Source of the DNA: Ranitomeya imitator | Taxonomy: Eukaryota | Assembly (NCBI RefSeq): GCF_032444005.1 | Contig: NC_091287.1 | Span: forward strand, 134,416,001 to 134,480,000 | Direction: 5' to 3' | DNA: 64,000 bases | Part shown: positions 62,595 through 64,000 of the stretch, piece by piece | Position numbering within the stretch: the stretch's first letter is position 1 | How the letters are laid out: each line of letters begins with the position of its first letter | Notes under the pieces: generated by a model | Databases searched by the model: none | Seen by the model: the letters and a program-made list of their open reading frames with translations, nothing else | What the model was told of the DNA's origin: nothing | Position numbers and translations under genes: made by a program

Positions 62595-63300
62595 AGGGAA
62601 CCTGTCACCTGGCTAGGCCGATTTGAGATGCGGCCACCACCTTTCAGGGCTTATCTACAGCATTCTCTAATGCTGTATGTAAGCCCCCAACCCAATCTGA
62701 AAGACAAGAAAAAAAACTTTTATTATACTCCTCTGCGGGGCTGGGCAGTCCAGTCCGAGGGGTGTCGCTATTCTTGGTCCGGCGACTCCCATGTTCTTTC
62801 AATGCCGTCCTCCTGCTTGGTTCATGTGGATGACACATCCCCACATCATAAACACAGTCTGCTTGGCATCACGCCCTGCGCAGGCGTACTTATCAGCCCT
62901 GTTGAGGGAAGAGGAAAGTACTGCAGTGCGCAGGCGCCAGGAAAGGTCAGAGAGGCCCAGCGCCTGCGCACTACAGTACTTTCCTCTGCCCTTAACAGGG
63001 CTGATAACTACGCCTGCACAGGAGCGCAATTCCAAGCAGACTGTGTGGATGATGCAGGGACGTGTCATCCACACGAACCAAGCAGGAGGACGGCATCAAA
63101 AGAAGATGGGAGGCGCTGGACCAATAAGAGCAAAACCTCTCGGACCCGGACTGCTCTGCAGGTGAGTGTAATAAAAGTTGTTTTTCTTCTCTTCCCGGTC
63201 GAGTTGGGGGCTGATATAGAGCATCATAGAATGCTGTATATCAGCCCTAAAAGGTGGTGGCCGTAACTCTTTATTGGCCAAACCTGGTGACGGCTTCGCT
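62595..63300. mobile_element. Kolobok/T2-type fold-back MITE
   Basis: TTAA-AGGGAACCTGTCACC...GGTGACGGCTTCGCT-TTAA; core shared with 21939-22575. Confidence 0.82.
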
Positions 63301-63752
63301 TTAAATCTGTTGTTTCTTGGAAGCTGCTGGATCCGGTATTCTCACACAACCCCGCACGGTGAGTGGTTCTACTTATAAATACCGACCCTTTAATATGGAT
63401 AAGACCCTATTGTGCTCTTGCATTTTTTTTTACAGTTTAACCAGTTAGTTATGTCGCACAAAATGGTTAATAAATAACATTTTGTCTGCTTTAAATCTGC
63501 ATCGTTTATGAAATACATTTTTTTTGTTAGGAAGTTAGAATGGTTAAAAGTTTAAGCAATTTCTAATTTTTCCAACAAAATGTGCAAACCATTTTTTTAG
63601 GGACCACAATCACATTATAAATGACTGTAGGGCCTGTGTGACAGAAAATACCAAAAGTTTCTAAAAACTAGGCCCCTCAAAGTTCTCAAAACCACATTCA
63701 AGAAGTTTGTCAACCCTTCAGGTGCTTCACAGGAACTAAAGCAAATGTGTAA

Positions 63753-64000
63753 GGCCTCTTTCACACTTCCGTCTTTTGTCTCACGTCGAAATCCGTCGAG
63801 TTTTGAAAAAAACAGGATACTGGAAATTTTTCTGCAGGATCGTGTTTTTTCCCATAGACTTGTATTAGCGACAGATTGTGACGGATGGCCATACTTGTCA
63901 TCCGTCGTGCACTGGATCCGTCGGAAAATAGTGGTCAGTGTCGGGTCCTGCGCTGTCCGTCGGCTATAATGGAAGCCTATGGCGCAGGATCCATCGCTGA
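63753..64000. mobile_element. Harbinger MITE left part, runs off the window
   Basis: TAA-GGCCTCTTTCACACTTCCGTC; ACGGATCCGT motifs; CCATAGACTTGTATTAGCG shared with the 51100 MITE (inverted). Confidence 0.8.

Larger units (their letters stand above)
60786..63430 (+). mobile_element. Penelope-like pLTR remnant interrupted by a Helitron and a Kolobok MITE
   Basis: Contains the hammerhead motif; inverted duplication ATAGCAGGATAGGAAGTATG (60786) / CATATTTCCTATCCTGCTAT (62571-62590); sits between two halves of a piggyBac-like remnant. Confidence 0.45.

Overview
AT-rich, repeat-dense vertebrate genomic DNA, not prokaryotic. It is probably anuran; the repeat families resemble those of dendrobatid frog assemblies, which is inference only. 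A 210-N gap lies at 9656-9865. I recognise no host protein-coding exon with confidence. The main feature is a full-length 5357-bp PIF/Harbinger transposon (13921-19277) with TIRs and a TAA TSD. It carries a spliced DDE transposase gene (+) and a convergent six-exon MADF-BESS gene (-), both damaged. More than 15 Harbinger-type MITEs surround it, three sharing its TIR or a close variant. The window also holds Kolobok/T2-type fold-back MITEs, hAT MITEs with 8-bp TSDs, a piggyBac-like element, two Helitron-like elements, three Tc1 remnants, two L1 3' ends, nested solo LTRs, V-SINEs and Penelope-like pLTR remnants with hammerhead-ribozyme motifs. Several large minisatellites explain nearly all the long ORFs. 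Candidate host signals are a TATA/MEF2 + ERR/SF-1 + CCAAT promoter near 3.45-3.70 kb and a CpG island with CRE sites and minus-strand splice donors at 54.6-55.4 kb.
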